DNA of 64,000 nucleotides. Origin: an uncultured Candidatus Binatia bacterium. GTDB lineage: Bacteria; Desulfobacterota; Binatia; UBA9968; JAJDTQ01. Below are positions 1 to 10,521 of this stretch, in pieces. Where the stretch lies: contig OZ219754.1 of NCBI GenBank assembly GCA_964291295.2, forward strand, positions 2,304,001 through 2,368,000, given 5' to 3'. The notes beneath the pieces were generated by a model. The model saw nothing but the letters and a program-made list of their open reading frames with translations. It ran no database searches and had not been told where the DNA came from. Numbering within the stretch: the stretch's first letter is position 1; the number at the start of each line of letters is the position of its first letter. The position numbers and the translations under genes were made by a program.

Positions 1-970
1 TCTCCTTGTTCATGCCGTCGCCCACGGTCTTCTTCCGCAGGCCCGCCGCCAGCTTGCCGACGAAGTCCTCGGCAATGGACTCGTGGACGAACAGGCGTTT
101 CACGCCCAGGCACATCTGGCCGCAGTTGAAGTACCGCCCGATGTCCGCCATCTTCACCGCCATGTCGACGTTGGCATCCTCCATGACGATCATGGGGTCG
201 CTGCCGCCGAGTTCCAGGGTGACGCGCTTGATCTCCCTGCCGGCCACCTCCATGACGTGGCGCCCGACGGGAGTGGAGCCGGTGAAGGCGATGCGGCGGA
301 TGCGGGGGTTGCCCAGCAGCTCCTCGCCCACCGTGCCGCCCGGTCCGCTGACCAGGTTCACCGTGCCCGCGGGCAGGCGCTTCTTGCCGCCGGCGTAGGT
401 GGCCCGGGCGATCAGCTCCAGGCACAGCGCCGTGGCCAGCGGCGTGGTGGTGGCGGGCTTGACGATGACGGTGTTGCCGGCCGCCAGCGCCGGACCCACC
501 TTGGTGCCCATGAGCGTCAACGGGAAGTTCCACGGCACGATGGCGCCGCACACGCCGATGGGTTGCCGCACCACCATGCCGTAGGCGTTCTTCTGGGGCA
601 GCGGCACATGGGAGCCCCGCACCTTGGAGGCCAGCCCGGCGTAGAACTCCAGGCCGTGGATCAGGTGATGGATCTCGAGCCCCGCCTCGAACAGCGTCTT
701 TCCCTGCTCCTGGGTCAGCAGCCGGGCGATGTCCTTGCTGTGTTCCTGGATGAGTGCGCAGGCACTCTCCAGCGCCTTGCCACGGTCCTCGGGAGTGGTG
801 TCGGACCATTCCCCGAAGGCCGTCTCCGCCGCCGCCACCGCTTGCCGGACGTCCTCTTCGGAACCCTTGGCGGCGTGGTCCACCACTTGGCCGGTGGCCG
901 GATTGCGCACTTCGTAGACTTCCTTCTTCACGGCGTCGACGAGTTCGCCGCCGATCAACAGCTTGGACAT
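1..970 (-). CDS. Aldehyde dehydrogenase family protein (3' end outside window)
   Basis: ATG at 970 with upstream GAGG; manual translation MSKLLIGGELVDA... includes IVPWNFP, FTGSTPVG, LELGGSDP and YFNCGQMCL. Not in the ORF track because it runs off the edge. Confidence 0.93.
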   Translation of the reverse strand, partial: MSKLLIGGELVDAVKKEVYEVRNPATGQVVDHAAKGSEEDVRQAVAAAETAFGEWSDTTPEDRGKALESACALIQEHSKDIARLLTQEQGKTLFEAGLEIHHLIHGLEFYAGLASKVRGSHVPLPQKNAYGMVVRQPIGVCGAIVPWNFPLTLMGTKVGPALAAGNTVIVKPATTTPLATALCLELIARATYAGGKKRLPAGTVNLVSGPGGTVGEELLGNPRIRRIAFTGSTPVGRHVMEVAGREIKRVTLELGGSDPMIVMEDANVDMAVKMADIGRYFNCGQMCLGVKRLFVHESIAEDFVGKLAAGLRKKTVGDGMNKE

Positions 971-1027
971 TCGATACCTCCGGATGGTGCGCCGCGGGCG
1001 ACCGACGGGCGGCGCCGTGGTTGTCAT

Positions 1028-1816
1028 CTACTGACCCGTGAACCGGGCGGTCCGTTTCTCCAGGTAGGCGGTTACGCCCTCGTTGCCGTCATCGCTGGCG
1101 AAGGTCTGGGTCAGCACCTCCCGCTCGAACGCCAGACCCTCCGGCAGCGAGCTCTCGACGCCGCTGTGGACGGCGCGCTTGATCTTGCCCACGGCCATGC
1201 TGGCCTTGTTGGGCGGGACGAACTGTCTGGCGTAGTCCATGACGTCCTGCATGAAGGTGTCGCGCTCATAGACGTAATGAAGGAGACCCATGTCCAGGGC
1301 CTCCTCGAAAGCCACCTGCCTGCCGGTGGCGCAGAGTTCAAGAGCCTTGGCACGGCCCACCAGGCGCGGCAGGCGCTGTGTCCCGCCCATGCCCGGCATG
1401 ACCCCGAGGTTCACCTCGGCCAGACCCACGCGGCCGCCGTCCTTCTTGCCCACTCGGATATCCGCAGCCATGGCGATCTCGAGCCCGCCCCCGACGGCAT
1501 GGCCATTGAGCGCGGCGATGACCAGCTTGGGGGTGTTCTCCATGCGCATCAGCACCTCGTGGCCGTGGAGCGCGAAGTTGGCCTTGTAGGACAGGGGCCG
1601 GGTTCCCAGCATGTTGATGTCGGCACCGGCCGAAAAGAACTTGTCTCCCTTGCCGGTAATCACGATGACGTGGGTGTCGTCATCGAAACGCGCCTTGAGC
1701 AGCGCGTCGTCGAGTTCCCGCAACATCTCGTGGGTGTAGGAGTTGACCGGCGGGTGGTTCAACTCGATCAGGGAGATGCCGTCTTCTGTTTTCTGGTCAA
1801 CGGTGCCGTCTGCCAT
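1028..1816 (-). CDS. Enoyl-CoA hydratase/isomerase (crotonase) family
   Basis: FFSAGADI, ALNGHAVGGGLE and EVNLGVMPGMGGTQRLPRLVG motifs; ATG 1816 with GGAGG RBS. Confidence 0.93.
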   Translation of the reverse strand: MADGTVDQKTEDGISLIELNHPPVNSYTHEMLRELDDALLKARFDDDTHVIVITGKGDKFFSAGADINMLGTRPLSYKANFALHGHEVLMRMENTPKLVIAALNGHAVGGGLEIAMAADIRVGKKDGGRVGLAEVNLGVMPGMGGTQRLPRLVGRAKALELCATGRQVAFEEALDMGLLHYVYERDTFMQDVMDYARQFVPPNKASMAVGKIKRAVHSGVESSLPEGLAFEREVLTQTFASDDGNEGVTAYLEKRTARFTGQ

Positions 1817-1970
1817 GTCTGCCTCCTGGGAAAGTGCTTGTTGAAAAAGGGTTGCCTGAAAGATCGTGTCGCACCACCCGCGCCGCTGCGCCGGCCGCAC
1901 CGCGAATGCGGCTCTGCCGTCCCGTCATGCCGGATTCGAGTCGAAAGGGGATACCCGGAGCACTGGGACA

Positions 1971-2000
1971 CTTGGTTGAGACGCTCTTGGTTGAGACGCT
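1971..2000. repeat. 15-bp tandem duplication (CTTGGTTGAGACGCT x2) followed by several TCACGG-like motifs
   Basis: Read directly in the divergent intergenic region. Confidence 0.75.
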
Positions 2001-2273
2001 TCGAAAGTCACGGGTCACGGAACAGGTCACGGAAATAATCGATCACGCCGCATGGATCACGGAGTACGGACTGCGGATCACGGGTCGCGGAGCGGGGGCC
2101 GCGTCCGGTTCGCCGATCCAGGTGATTCAAGTGAATTAGCCGCCGGAGCCGGACAAGTCAACCGATGGCGGCGGCGCCCGCCCGGGGAGACTCCGTCCGG
2201 CGGCGGCCGCCGGTACTCGCGGATCCCGGGTGTTTCGTTGGAAAAACCGCTTCCGTATGGCAAGAGTGTCGGG

Positions 2274-3443
2274 ATGGACAGACGACACACGCGGCGGAAG
2301 ACCATTCGAAGCGGCCTGGAAGGGCTCCGCAGCCGGGGCCTGGAGACGGAATCGCCGGACGCCGCCATGGTGGCGCCGCTGGTGGAGCGGTTCGGCGCCG
2401 ACCCCGGGGAGTCCCTCGCGGTGGTCTATCTGCTGGGCCGCGTCCGGGACGCCGCCTCGGTGCAGGCGCTCAAGTCCCTTGAGGGCCGCGCCGGGAACCG
2501 GGAAATCCGCCGGGAGATTCGCCGGTCGCTGTTCAAGCTGGCTCAGGAGGGTCTGGTGGCCGCCGGGTCCGGGGAATCGGAGGCGGGGACGGCCGGGGTT
2601 CGCTTCCGTCTTGCGCCGGAGATCGAAGGATACCTGTCGCCGGTGACCAGCGGCGGCTTGCGGCTGGTGATCCTGGCCCGGCCGCAACCTGGCGGATTGT
2701 GGGTCATGCGTGCCTCGGTCAGTGACCGGCGCGGCCTCCAATTGTTCTCGGGCAACCTGCTCCGCCGCGGGGAACTCCGGCAACTGATGGAGGAGTTCAA
2801 GGCCCGGCTCGGAGTCTCCATGACCCCGGTGCCCTGGGAATACGCCGACTGGCTGATGCACGACGCCTGGGGGAAGGTGGCCGATTCTCCGGCAGAGGGT
2901 GTGGCGGACTACCCCCGGCTCAGGACCCGGCTGACGGCCGCCCGGCCGGTGCCGCGGGCTCATCCCGTCTTCGATCGGGTGGACGCGGACACAATCGATG
3001 CCACCGGTTTGTCCGAGACCCCGGAAAAGCTTCTGGAGGAGACCGGGCTCCTCAGCTGGTCCGTGGAGCGCGACCTGATGGAACCCTTCATGGAACGCCT
3101 TGAGGGGATCGAGCAGAGCCGCATCGTGCTCAATCCGATGCAGAAAGAGGAACGGTTTCGCAGTATCGTTCGGGGAGTCGTCCAGGACCTCTTCCTGGAT
3201 CCGGAGTTGCGTCCGATCTTCGCGGGTCGCTTCGAGGACGCGGCCCTTCACCTGCAAGTGTCCGGCGAGGAAGAAAAGGCGAGGGCGGTTCTCGGCATCG
3301 CCCTGGCCATTCGCCGGGGCGACTTGGGGAGCCTGGGGGTTCCGCTGCTGGAAGCCATGGTGATGCGGAGCTTCGTTCTGTACAAGGGTTGGCAGGACGA
3401 GAAGAAGGCGGACGAAGAGCCCTCCCTCATCGTGAAGCCGTAG
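2274..3443 (+). CDS. Hypothetical protein with a helical/HEAT-like N-terminus
   Basis: Long ORF with protein-like composition; ATG 2274 preferred over 2052. Confidence 0.7.
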   Translation: MDRRHTRRKTIRSGLEGLRSRGLETESPDAAMVAPLVERFGADPGESLAVVYLLGRVRDAASVQALKSLEGRAGNREIRREIRRSLFKLAQEGLVAAGSGESEAGTAGVRFRLAPEIEGYLSPVTSGGLRLVILARPQPGGLWVMRASVSDRRGLQLFSGNLLRRGELRQLMEEFKARLGVSMTPVPWEYADWLMHDAWGKVADSPAEGVADYPRLRTRLTAARPVPRAHPVFDRVDADTIDATGLSETPEKLLEETGLLSWSVERDLMEPFMERLEGIEQSRIVLNPMQKEERFRSIVRGVVQDLFLDPELRPIFAGRFEDAALHLQVSGEEEKARAVLGIALAIRRGDLGSLGVPLLEAMVMRSFVLYKGWQDEKKADEEPSLIVKP

Positions 3444-3449
3444 CCGGCT

Positions 3450-3842
3450 TCAATCCGGCAGCACGGCGATGGCCTCGATCTCCACCAGGAACTCGGGTCT
3501 GGCCAGGCCGCTGACCACCACCAGGGTGCTGGCGGGCGGGTCGGTGCTGAAGTACTTGAGACGGGCCGGGCTCAGGTCGTCCCGACAACGCGGGTCGGTG
3601 ATGTAGGTGGTGATCTTGACGATGTCGGCGAACTCGGCGCCGGCCTCGTCGAGAACCGCCTTCATGTTCTTGAGTACCTGCTCGGCCTGCACCTTGGCGT
3701 CCCCCTTGCCGACGATGTTGCCGCCGGCGTCCACCGCGGTCTGGCCGGCGATGAAGAGCAGGCGCTTTCCCTCGGCCAGAATACCCTGCGAGTAACGCGG
3801 CCGGGGATCGGGAATCGTCTGGGGCTGAAGCTCTTTTTTCAT
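3450..3842 (-). CDS. RidA/YjgF family enamine deaminase
   Basis: YSQG, LFIAGQ, PASTLVVVSGL and LVEIEAIA motifs; the start is probably the ATG just upstream (3843) with a GGAG RBS. Confidence 0.92.
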   Translation of the reverse strand: MKKELQPQTIPDPRPRYSQGILAEGKRLLFIAGQTAVDAGGNIVGKGDAKVQAEQVLKNMKAVLDEAGAEFADIVKITTYITDPRCRDDLSPARLKYFSTDPPASTLVVVSGLARPEFLVEIEAIAVLPD

Positions 3843-3874
3843 GATCTCCTCCCGGGCTGGGCGGTGCCAGCGGA

Positions 3875-6349
3875 CTATCGGTAAAGGCGCGGGTCGTCCA
3901 CGGACGATTTCGGCTCACGGATCTGGGGCGTGAGGGACGGCAGGCCCGGTCGGCCGCGCAGCATGAAGTCCACCGGGATGAAGTCCTTCAGCAACGGTAT
4001 GGGCATGCGCACGCCGGCGTAGGGGCTCACCGAGTCGGTCCCCACCACCAGATCCTCCGCCGGGAACGACTCCGGTGCGTCCGCGCGTACGCTGACCCCC
4101 GAGGCGGTGACGCTGCCGCGCATTGTGGGCAGCCCGAGGGCCCGCTGGGGATCGGTTTCCCTGGCGCTCAGGAGCCGATGGTCCAGGATCGGCGAATCCT
4201 TGTCCTCCGGCTGGCCGGTACGCCGGATGGACCGAAGGCCGCTGTCGCCGTCGTCACCCGCCTCCACCTTCAGCAGTCGGGTCGGGAAGTCCCCCAGGAG
4301 GCCGTCGGCCCCGGCCGGGTCGGGTTCGTTGGCGTTCAGCGCCGCCAGCTCGTAGTGCTTCTCGCGCAGCAGCGTTTCCAGATTCTCGATGCGTTCCTCG
4401 GCCACCGGATAGCTGCGGCTGCGCACGCCCCACGGGGTGTCGTAGTGCAACATCAGCGCATGGCGGCCCAGCACATTGATGCCGTCGTCGGCCAGCTCCA
4501 TGTTGTCGGATCTGCCGTCCAGCAGCACGGCCTTGAGGCCGAGGCCGGCAGGCCCGTGGAGTCCCGGGTTGTCGGTGAGGAACTGCTTGCTGAGCCGGAG
4601 TCCCCGGTTCTTCATGGCCACCCGCTGCGCCAGCAGACCCTGGGCCTTTCGGCCCGCCGGCGTCTCCGGATAGTGCTGGACGATGGCGGCGTACAGGGTT
4701 CGTTGCCGCGCTTCGGATTCGGTGGTTTCGGCGGCCTTCAGCAGCGCGCGGCCGGCTTTTTCCTCCAGCTCCCGCATCTCGTCCGCCGACAACCGGCCGG
4801 ACAGCCGGTGGTAGTACAGCGCCTTGTGGAAGTGGCCCTTGTCCTCGAAGGCCTTACCCAGTGTCTGGTAGACATCGCCGGTTTCTTCGGAGTCCGACCG
4901 GAAACGCACATGGCGGGCGGCGGCGTCCATGATCGCCTGATCCGACACCGGATTGCCGCTGAGAACCTCCAGCAGATTGCTGCTCACCATCAGTATATTC
5001 GCGGCGCCGAGGGTGGTCGCTCCGGCGATGCCGTGGGTGATCAGGGGCGCCGTTCCGATGAGCACGTTCTTCTCAAGAAAGTTTCGCCCGAGCATCACGA
5101 ACTGCACCTGCTCCAGGCGGTATCGCGCACGGGCGCGGTCCAGGACTCCCAGGAGATCGTACTCCGGGCTGTCCAGCAGGATCCGGGCGCGCCGCCGCTG
5201 GCGCTCGGACGAACCGGTGCGGGCGATCTCGCCGAGGGTGCGCTTGGCCTCGGCGTGGCGGCCGCTCATCTCCTGGGCCACGGCACGGGCGTCCTTGGCT
5301 AGGGTGCCCAGGGGCGCGCCGGCGTATCGACGCTCCATGGCGCGGGCCTGTTCCTCGGCCGCGGCGGCGTCCCCCTTGACCAGCGCGTGGAGCAGTGCGC
5401 GGATGTCCCTCGACTGCGGCGGCGCCGCGTTGGCGAGGCTGTCGGTGGCGGCTGCCGCGAGCTGCCGTCGCCGGGTCTCCCGGCGGGCTGCCCGGGCCGA
5501 CGCGATTTCCGCGAGCCGCTCTCTCACGCTGCCGGCGTCGGGATCCACGGCGTCAGCCAGCTCGGCGTGAAACGCCGCCTCCTCAAGGCGCTCCCGGTCC
5601 AGCGCCTGGCCGGCTCGCTTTACGTGCCCGTGAATCCAGAGCTGCTTTCGATCCGCCTCCAGGGCGGCCACCTTGGCGGCCACCTCGGGGCTTTGCGGGT
5701 CGTCCGGAAAACGGTCGACGAAGCGCTTGTAGAGGGCCAGGGCCTTGCGCTCGGCCTCGGGCATGCGCGGTGCGCGCGTGCGCTGCACCTCCGTGAACGC
5801 CGTTTCCACCGCCGCCGTGACATGGGAGCCCGACGCCAGCCCTATCAGATCCACGGAGGCGAGCAGCCGGTTCAGAAGCGCGTTCCAGCGCCCGATGCGG
5901 TGCTCGGCCACCAGCGACTCGGCCTGTTCCAGTTCGTCCTGCCGCAGGCGCGCGCGGATCAACTCCCGCGCCGCCCCGGGCGGGGCCGCGGCCAGGGCCT
6001 TTTGCTGTGCCTCGCGGTATGTTTCCCGGTCGGACAGGTTGCTCTGGTGCAGGTCTCTCACGTGGTGGGTCAGTCCGCTCGCGTGGCCGCCGTCCGCCAC
6101 CCGTTGCCGGTCCTGGTCCTCGAAGTAACGCACATGCCCTCGGAGCCGGTCGGTGCGTCGGGTCAGGGCGTCCACGATGGCCGTGCGCACGCGCCGCTCC
6201 ATCTCGTCGGGAAAGTACCGCTCGGCCGTCGCCGGCGGGACGAAGGGATCGAAGCCATGCAAGGGGTCCAGCATCCGCGGGTGCGGCGTGCCGGCCGCCG
6301 CGGCCACCGGCACCAGGAGCAGGCAGAGCAGCCACGCGCCGGTCTTCAT
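3875..6349 (-). CDS. Large exported hypothetical protein with TPR-like helices
   Basis: Signal peptide MKTGAWLLCLLLVPVAAAA; outer-membrane TPR-like motifs (YKRFVDRFPDD, IVQHYPETPAG); ATGA overlap with the upstream gene. Confidence 0.72.
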   Translation of the reverse strand: MKTGAWLLCLLLVPVAAAAGTPHPRMLDPLHGFDPFVPPATAERYFPDEMERRVRTAIVDALTRRTDRLRGHVRYFEDQDRQRVADGGHASGLTHHVRDLHQSNLSDRETYREAQQKALAAAPPGAARELIRARLRQDELEQAESLVAEHRIGRWNALLNRLLASVDLIGLASGSHVTAAVETAFTEVQRTRAPRMPEAERKALALYKRFVDRFPDDPQSPEVAAKVAALEADRKQLWIHGHVKRAGQALDRERLEEAAFHAELADAVDPDAGSVRERLAEIASARAARRETRRRQLAAAATDSLANAAPPQSRDIRALLHALVKGDAAAAEEQARAMERRYAGAPLGTLAKDARAVAQEMSGRHAEAKRTLGEIARTGSSERQRRRARILLDSPEYDLLGVLDRARARYRLEQVQFVMLGRNFLEKNVLIGTAPLITHGIAGATTLGAANILMVSSNLLEVLSGNPVSDQAIMDAAARHVRFRSDSEETGDVYQTLGKAFEDKGHFHKALYYHRLSGRLSADEMRELEEKAGRALLKAAETTESEARQRTLYAAIVQHYPETPAGRKAQGLLAQRVAMKNRGLRLSKQFLTDNPGLHGPAGLGLKAVLLDGRSDNMELADDGINVLGRHALMLHYDTPWGVRSRSYPVAEERIENLETLLREKHYELAALNANEPDPAGADGLLGDFPTRLLKVEAGDDGDSGLRSIRRTGQPEDKDSPILDHRLLSARETDPQRALGLPTMRGSVTASGVSVRADAPESFPAEDLVVGTDSVSPYAGVRMPIPLLKDFIPVDFMLRGRPGLPSLTPQIREPKSSVDDPRLYR

Positions 6350-7260
6350 CGGTTGAGTCTCCTCGTCCGTTCCATGAGCGCCTTCAGTCCTTCGAGCCGG
6401 GCGCCCGCTTCGAGCTTCTCGAGCACCCCGTCCTGCTGAGCCACCTCCGCGTAGAGCTTCATGGCGGACCGGACAAAGCCCTCGAAGGTCTCGATGTCGA
6501 AATCGAGGCCCTGCGGATCGTTCCGAAGGGCGTACTCCCTGGCCAGGGTCACGTAGTAGTCGCCGAAATCCAGCACGTGGCGGTGGTAGTTCCTGCTGCG
6601 CACGTGCCGCGACAGGAGTTGGCTGTAGCCGAGCACCACCAGTTCGTTGCCCTGGTTCAGTCGGTGGCGGTTGAGCTCCACGAACGCGACCTTGGCGCGG
6701 TCGATGCGTTCCGCTTCCACCCGAGCCAGATACTCCAGCGGCGTTCCCTCGTGTTCCCGGATCGACGCGTTCCAGGCCACAACCACGTCGTCAAGCACCC
6801 GAATGTACTCGAACGGGTCGTCTTTGGGAAGGAGCGCGCCGGAGATGCGCTGGAACGTTCGCAGCGCTTCGAGCTGGCGCGCCGCCGCCCCGGCCAGTTC
6901 GCCGCCGCCCCGCACCACGTTCCGGTAGTGGCGGACGGCCAGCCCGTAGTCCCGGAGCCGCTCGTAGGCGGTGGCCCGCGTAAACTCCACGATGTCGTTG
7001 TAGCCGTTCCCGTGCTTGCGCTGATGGTCTTCCAGGCGCAGCAGCGTTGCCTTCAGGATGCTGGTCCCGGTGACGTCCTTGGGGACGTCGAACCGGTAGA
7101 TGTCCTCCCGCGCCAGCCGCTGGAACTCGTTGACGATTTCCAGCAGGTTCGCGGGCTGCACGTAGCGCGGATCCGGCGCTTCGGTGCGCGCGCAGCCGAG
7201 AAGCATCAGCGCCCACAGGCAGGAGGCGGCTACCGTCTTGTGACAATGAGCGAATAGCAC
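6346..7260 (-). CDS. Hypothetical lipoprotein, TPR-like
   Basis: Lipobox-like LLGC; helical composition; overlaps both neighbours. Start uncertain. Confidence 0.68.
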   Translation of the reverse strand: MLFAHCHKTVAASCLWALMLLGCARTEAPDPRYVQPANLLEIVNEFQRLAREDIYRFDVPKDVTGTSILKATLLRLEDHQRKHGNGYNDIVEFTRATAYERLRDYGLAVRHYRNVVRGGGELAGAAARQLEALRTFQRISGALLPKDDPFEYIRVLDDVVVAWNASIREHEGTPLEYLARVEAERIDRAKVAFVELNRHRLNQGNELVVLGYSQLLSRHVRSRNYHRHVLDFGDYYVTLAREYALRNDPQGLDFDIETFEGFVRSAMKLYAEVAQQDGVLEKLEAGARLEGLKALMERTRRLNR

Positions 7261-7586
7261 AGGATCAGGTCGCCCTCGTCGGCCGCGAAGTCGTGGGGAA
7301 CCCCCCGGGGAACGTGACAGAGCATGCCCGGGCCGAGCGCGGTGGTGGCTCCGGCGGCGCGCAGCCGGCCCCGCCCCTGGAGCACGTGGCAGACCACGTC
7401 CTTGTCGTCATGGACGATCTGCCTGGGGTCGCTGGCGGCGGTGGCGCTGAACGAAACCAGGCCGACGTCGAAGCCCTCGCCCTTGATGCAGCCCTTGTGG
7501 CGGATTTCGGAGTTGACGGCGGCCAGCGCGGCCAGGGCCTCGTTGATGTCCACGACCTTGGGGCCGGACGGTGTGCATTCGGCCAA
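7230..7586 (-). CDS. Cupin domain protein
   Basis: HDDKDVVCHVLQGRG...GPGMLCHVPRGVPH cupin motifs. Confidence 0.8.
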   Translation of the reverse strand: MAECTPSGPKVVDINEALAALAAVNSEIRHKGCIKGEGFDVGLVSFSATAASDPRQIVHDDKDVVCHVLQGRGRLRAAGATTALGPGMLCHVPRGVPHDFAADEGDLILCYSLIVTRR

Positions 7587-7598
7587 ACGAACCTCCGC

Positions 7599-8540
7599 TC
7601 AGTCCGTGGGTTCCGTGATGTGGGCCAGTATCGCGTCCATGGCCCGGTCCGCTTCTCGGTCCGGCAGCCGGCATGACCCCACGACCCGGTGGCCGCCGCC
7701 GCCGTAGTGGCTGAGCAGTTCGCCCACGTTGACCGTGGAAGTGGTGTTGAAGATGTTGTAGCCCACCGAAATGGCCGTCGTCCGGGGCCGCTGCGGATCC
7801 CGGGACACCTTCATGGAGATGTTCGCGTCGGGGAACAGCGTATAGAGCAGGAACCGGTTGGCGTCGGTCAGGTCTTCGGTATCGCGCAGATCGAGGAGGA
7901 TGACATTGCCCCGGAGTTCGGCCCGCTCCAGCAGTTGCCGGCGCAGCCGGTCCTGGAGGCTCAGGACGCGCGCGCCGCGCGCCTTGACCTCGGGGTCGTC
8001 CAGCACCTCGTCCAGAGTGCGGTCGCGAATCAGATCGATGAGGCGCCGCCAGTAGGGCTCCTCGGCGTCGTCCTTGCCGTGGAGGGTCATGGAGACCAGC
8101 ACATGGCCCGCCGGCTGCAGGACGTCGTCCCGGGTCAGGGTGCCGCCGTCGATCTTGTCCGTTTCCCGCAGCAGCCGGGACATGCGGTGGGTGTGCAGCA
8201 GGCTCTGGCCGGAGCGCTGGCGCGCCGGCGAGGCGCCGGGCACTTCGCTGTAGTACTCGTACACCACCCGGGCCGCGCTGGGCGCCAGGCGGAAGGCGCC
8301 GCGCCCGGCCACCACCGGGCGGTCGAAGCCGGCCGCGCCGTTGGTGAAGTGATGGTCGAACCAGAGGCTGCAGGCCGGGTGGTAGGGGAGGTTGGCGATG
8401 ATGTCCCCGGAGCGTATCTCGACGGCGCCGTCCTGCATGAACTTGGGCTCCACGAAGAGGTACGAATCGATCTCCTCCAGGGCGGTGATGAGGGCGCCGC
8501 AGACGATGCCGTCGAAATCCGGTCGGGTTACCAGCCTCAT
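7599..8540 (-). CDS. DHH/DHHA1 phosphoesterase (exopolyphosphatase/nanoRNase-like)
   Basis: MRLVTRPDFDG, WFDHH and GGGGH motifs; ATG 8540 overlaps the ald stop (ATGA). Confidence 0.85.
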   Translation of the reverse strand: MRLVTRPDFDGIVCGALITALEEIDSYLFVEPKFMQDGAVEIRSGDIIANLPYHPACSLWFDHHFTNGAAGFDRPVVAGRGAFRLAPSAARVVYEYYSEVPGASPARQRSGQSLLHTHRMSRLLRETDKIDGGTLTRDDVLQPAGHVLVSMTLHGKDDAEEPYWRRLIDLIRDRTLDEVLDDPEVKARGARVLSLQDRLRRQLLERAELRGNVILLDLRDTEDLTDANRFLLYTLFPDANISMKVSRDPQRPRTTAISVGYNIFNTTSTVNVGELLSHYGGGGHRVVGSCRLPDREADRAMDAILAHITEPTD

Positions 8541-9664
8541 GCGCAAAGCACCTCGTCCACGGGGGTCTGCGGCATTCCCAGGGCACTGGCGACGCCCGCG
8601 TGGGTCACCTGGCCGGCGCAGACGTTGAGGCCCCGGGCCAGCGAGCGGCTTTCCCGCATGGCCCGCCGCAGCCCCTTGTCGGCCAGGGCCAGGCCGTAGG
8701 ACAGTGTGGCGTTGGTCAGGGCGTGGGTGGCGGTGTGAGGCACCAGGGCCGGCATGTTGGTCACGCAATAGTGCACCACCCGCTCCTCCACGTAGACCGG
8801 GTCGCGATGGGTGGTGGGCCGGGAGGTTTCGGCGAACCCTCCCTGGTCGATGGACACGTCGACGATGGCCGCCCCCCGCTTCATCTGCCGGATCCGGTCC
8901 CGCGGCAGCAGCATCGGAGTCCTGTCGCCGGTGATGAGAACCGAACCCACCAGCAGGTCGGCGTCAACGACCTCCTCCTCCAGATTGGCCTGATTGGACA
9001 TGAGAGTGGTGAGCCGGCCGCCGAGGATGTCGTGGATGTAGCGGAGGCGGGCCGGGTTGACATCAAGCACGCTGACGTAGGCCCCCATTCCCGCCGCCAC
9101 CTGGCACGCGGCCGTTCCCACCGTGCCGGCCCCGAGCACCACCACCTTGCCCGGACGGACCCCCGAGGCGCCGCCCAGCAGCACGCCCCTGCCGCCATGC
9201 TCCGCCTGCAGGCACCAGGCGCCCACCTGCAGCGACAGCCGCCCGGCGATTTCGCTCATGGGCGTCAACAGCGGCAGCGAGCCGTCGTCCAGCTGGATGG
9301 TCTCGTAGCCGATGGCGGCCACCTTCCGCTCGCACAGCGTCCGCGTCAGTTCGGGTTGGGCGGCCAGGTGGAGATAGGTGAACAACATCTGGTCCGGCCT
9401 CAGCCAGTCGAACTCGTCGGCAATCGGTTCCTTGACCTTCATCACGAGGTCCGCCCGGGCCCAGACGTCCTGCGCCCGATCCACCACGGTGGCGCCGGTG
9501 GCGGTGTAGGCGCGGTTGGTGATATGGCTGCCCCGGCCGGCGTTGCGCTCCACCACCACCTGGTGTCCGTGAGCCATGAAGGCGGCCGCCCCGGCCGGGG
9601 TCAGAGCGACCCGGTTCTCTTCGACTTTCCGTTCTCGGGGTACGCCCACGACCATCGATGTCAT
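8537..9664 (-). CDS. ald: Alanine dehydrogenase
   Basis: GVPRE..ENRVALTP, KVKEP, FTYLHLAA, PMSEIAGR, DVSIDQGG, PTTH and HYCVTNMP motifs. Confidence 0.96.
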   Translation of the reverse strand: MTSMVVGVPRERKVEENRVALTPAGAAAFMAHGHQVVVERNAGRGSHITNRAYTATGATVVDRAQDVWARADLVMKVKEPIADEFDWLRPDQMLFTYLHLAAQPELTRTLCERKVAAIGYETIQLDDGSLPLLTPMSEIAGRLSLQVGAWCLQAEHGGRGVLLGGASGVRPGKVVVLGAGTVGTAACQVAAGMGAYVSVLDVNPARLRYIHDILGGRLTTLMSNQANLEEEVVDADLLVGSVLITGDRTPMLLPRDRIRQMKRGAAIVDVSIDQGGFAETSRPTTHRDPVYVEERVVHYCVTNMPALVPHTATHALTNATLSYGLALADKGLRRAMRESRSLARGLNVCAGQVTHAGVASALGMPQTPVDEVLCA

Positions 9665-9874
9665 TGGTACGCGAGCACCTGTGGAGTGTCAAGACGACAC
9701 CGCGGCACCGCCGGCCTTGCGGGGCTGTCCCACGCTGCGTGTTTACGTGGGGGAGGGGGGCAGGCACTGAAGTTCTTGCGCCGGGGCAGTCATGTTTCGG
9801 GAATGTGGGAACGCAGCTGCAAGGGGTCGAGCGCGATCCACGGTGAGGCTCCGGAAGGGTATTCGCTGTCGGAG

Positions 9875-10440
9875 GTGGAAGTGTGCTTTGTGTCGATGAG
9901 AAGAGCCAGATCCAGGCGCTCGACCGCACCCAGCCTGTCCTGCCGATGCTGCCGGGCATACCCGAGCGACGCACACACGACGACAAGCGCCACGGCACCC
10001 CCTCGCTGTTTGCCGCCCTTGAAGTCGCCACCGGCTTTGTCATCGCAAATGCTACCGCCGCCACCGGGCCAGGGAGTTCCGCGACTTCCTGAAGCAGGTC
10101 GACCGCCGCGTTCCCGCAGGCCTCGACATCCACATCGTCATGGACAACTACGCAACCCACAAAACCGCGGCGGTCTGGGCCTGGCTGGCGCGAGGGCCGC
10201 ACTGGCATGTCCACTTCACGCCGACACCCGGCTCCTGGATCAATCAGGCCGAGCGATGGTTCGCCGAACTGACGCGCAAGCAACTGCAGCGCGGGGTACA
10301 CCGTTCAACCCGGCAACTCGAAGCTGATATCCGCGCCTTCATCGACAAGCATAACCAGAACCAAAGCCCTTCAAATGGACCGAATATGCCGACGAAGTCC
10401 TCGCCGCGGTCAAGTGGTTCTGCCTCCGTGTCCAACAAAA
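9875..10440 (+). mobile_element. Degenerate IS630-family transposase remnant
   Basis: [31 protein letters not shown] and SWINQAERWF, split by frameshifts. Confidence 0.88.
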
Positions 10441-10521
10441 CCCATGCTACGAACTTTGCTTGGCGCAATGCAAGTCTGGTATGGCGAGAGTAACGGCGGC
10501 TTGCGGTGGACCCGAGCCTGC

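Noticed and set aside
83-2038. 651-aa + strand ORF
   Set aside because: Antisense shadow of the ALDH and enoyl-CoA hydratase genes.
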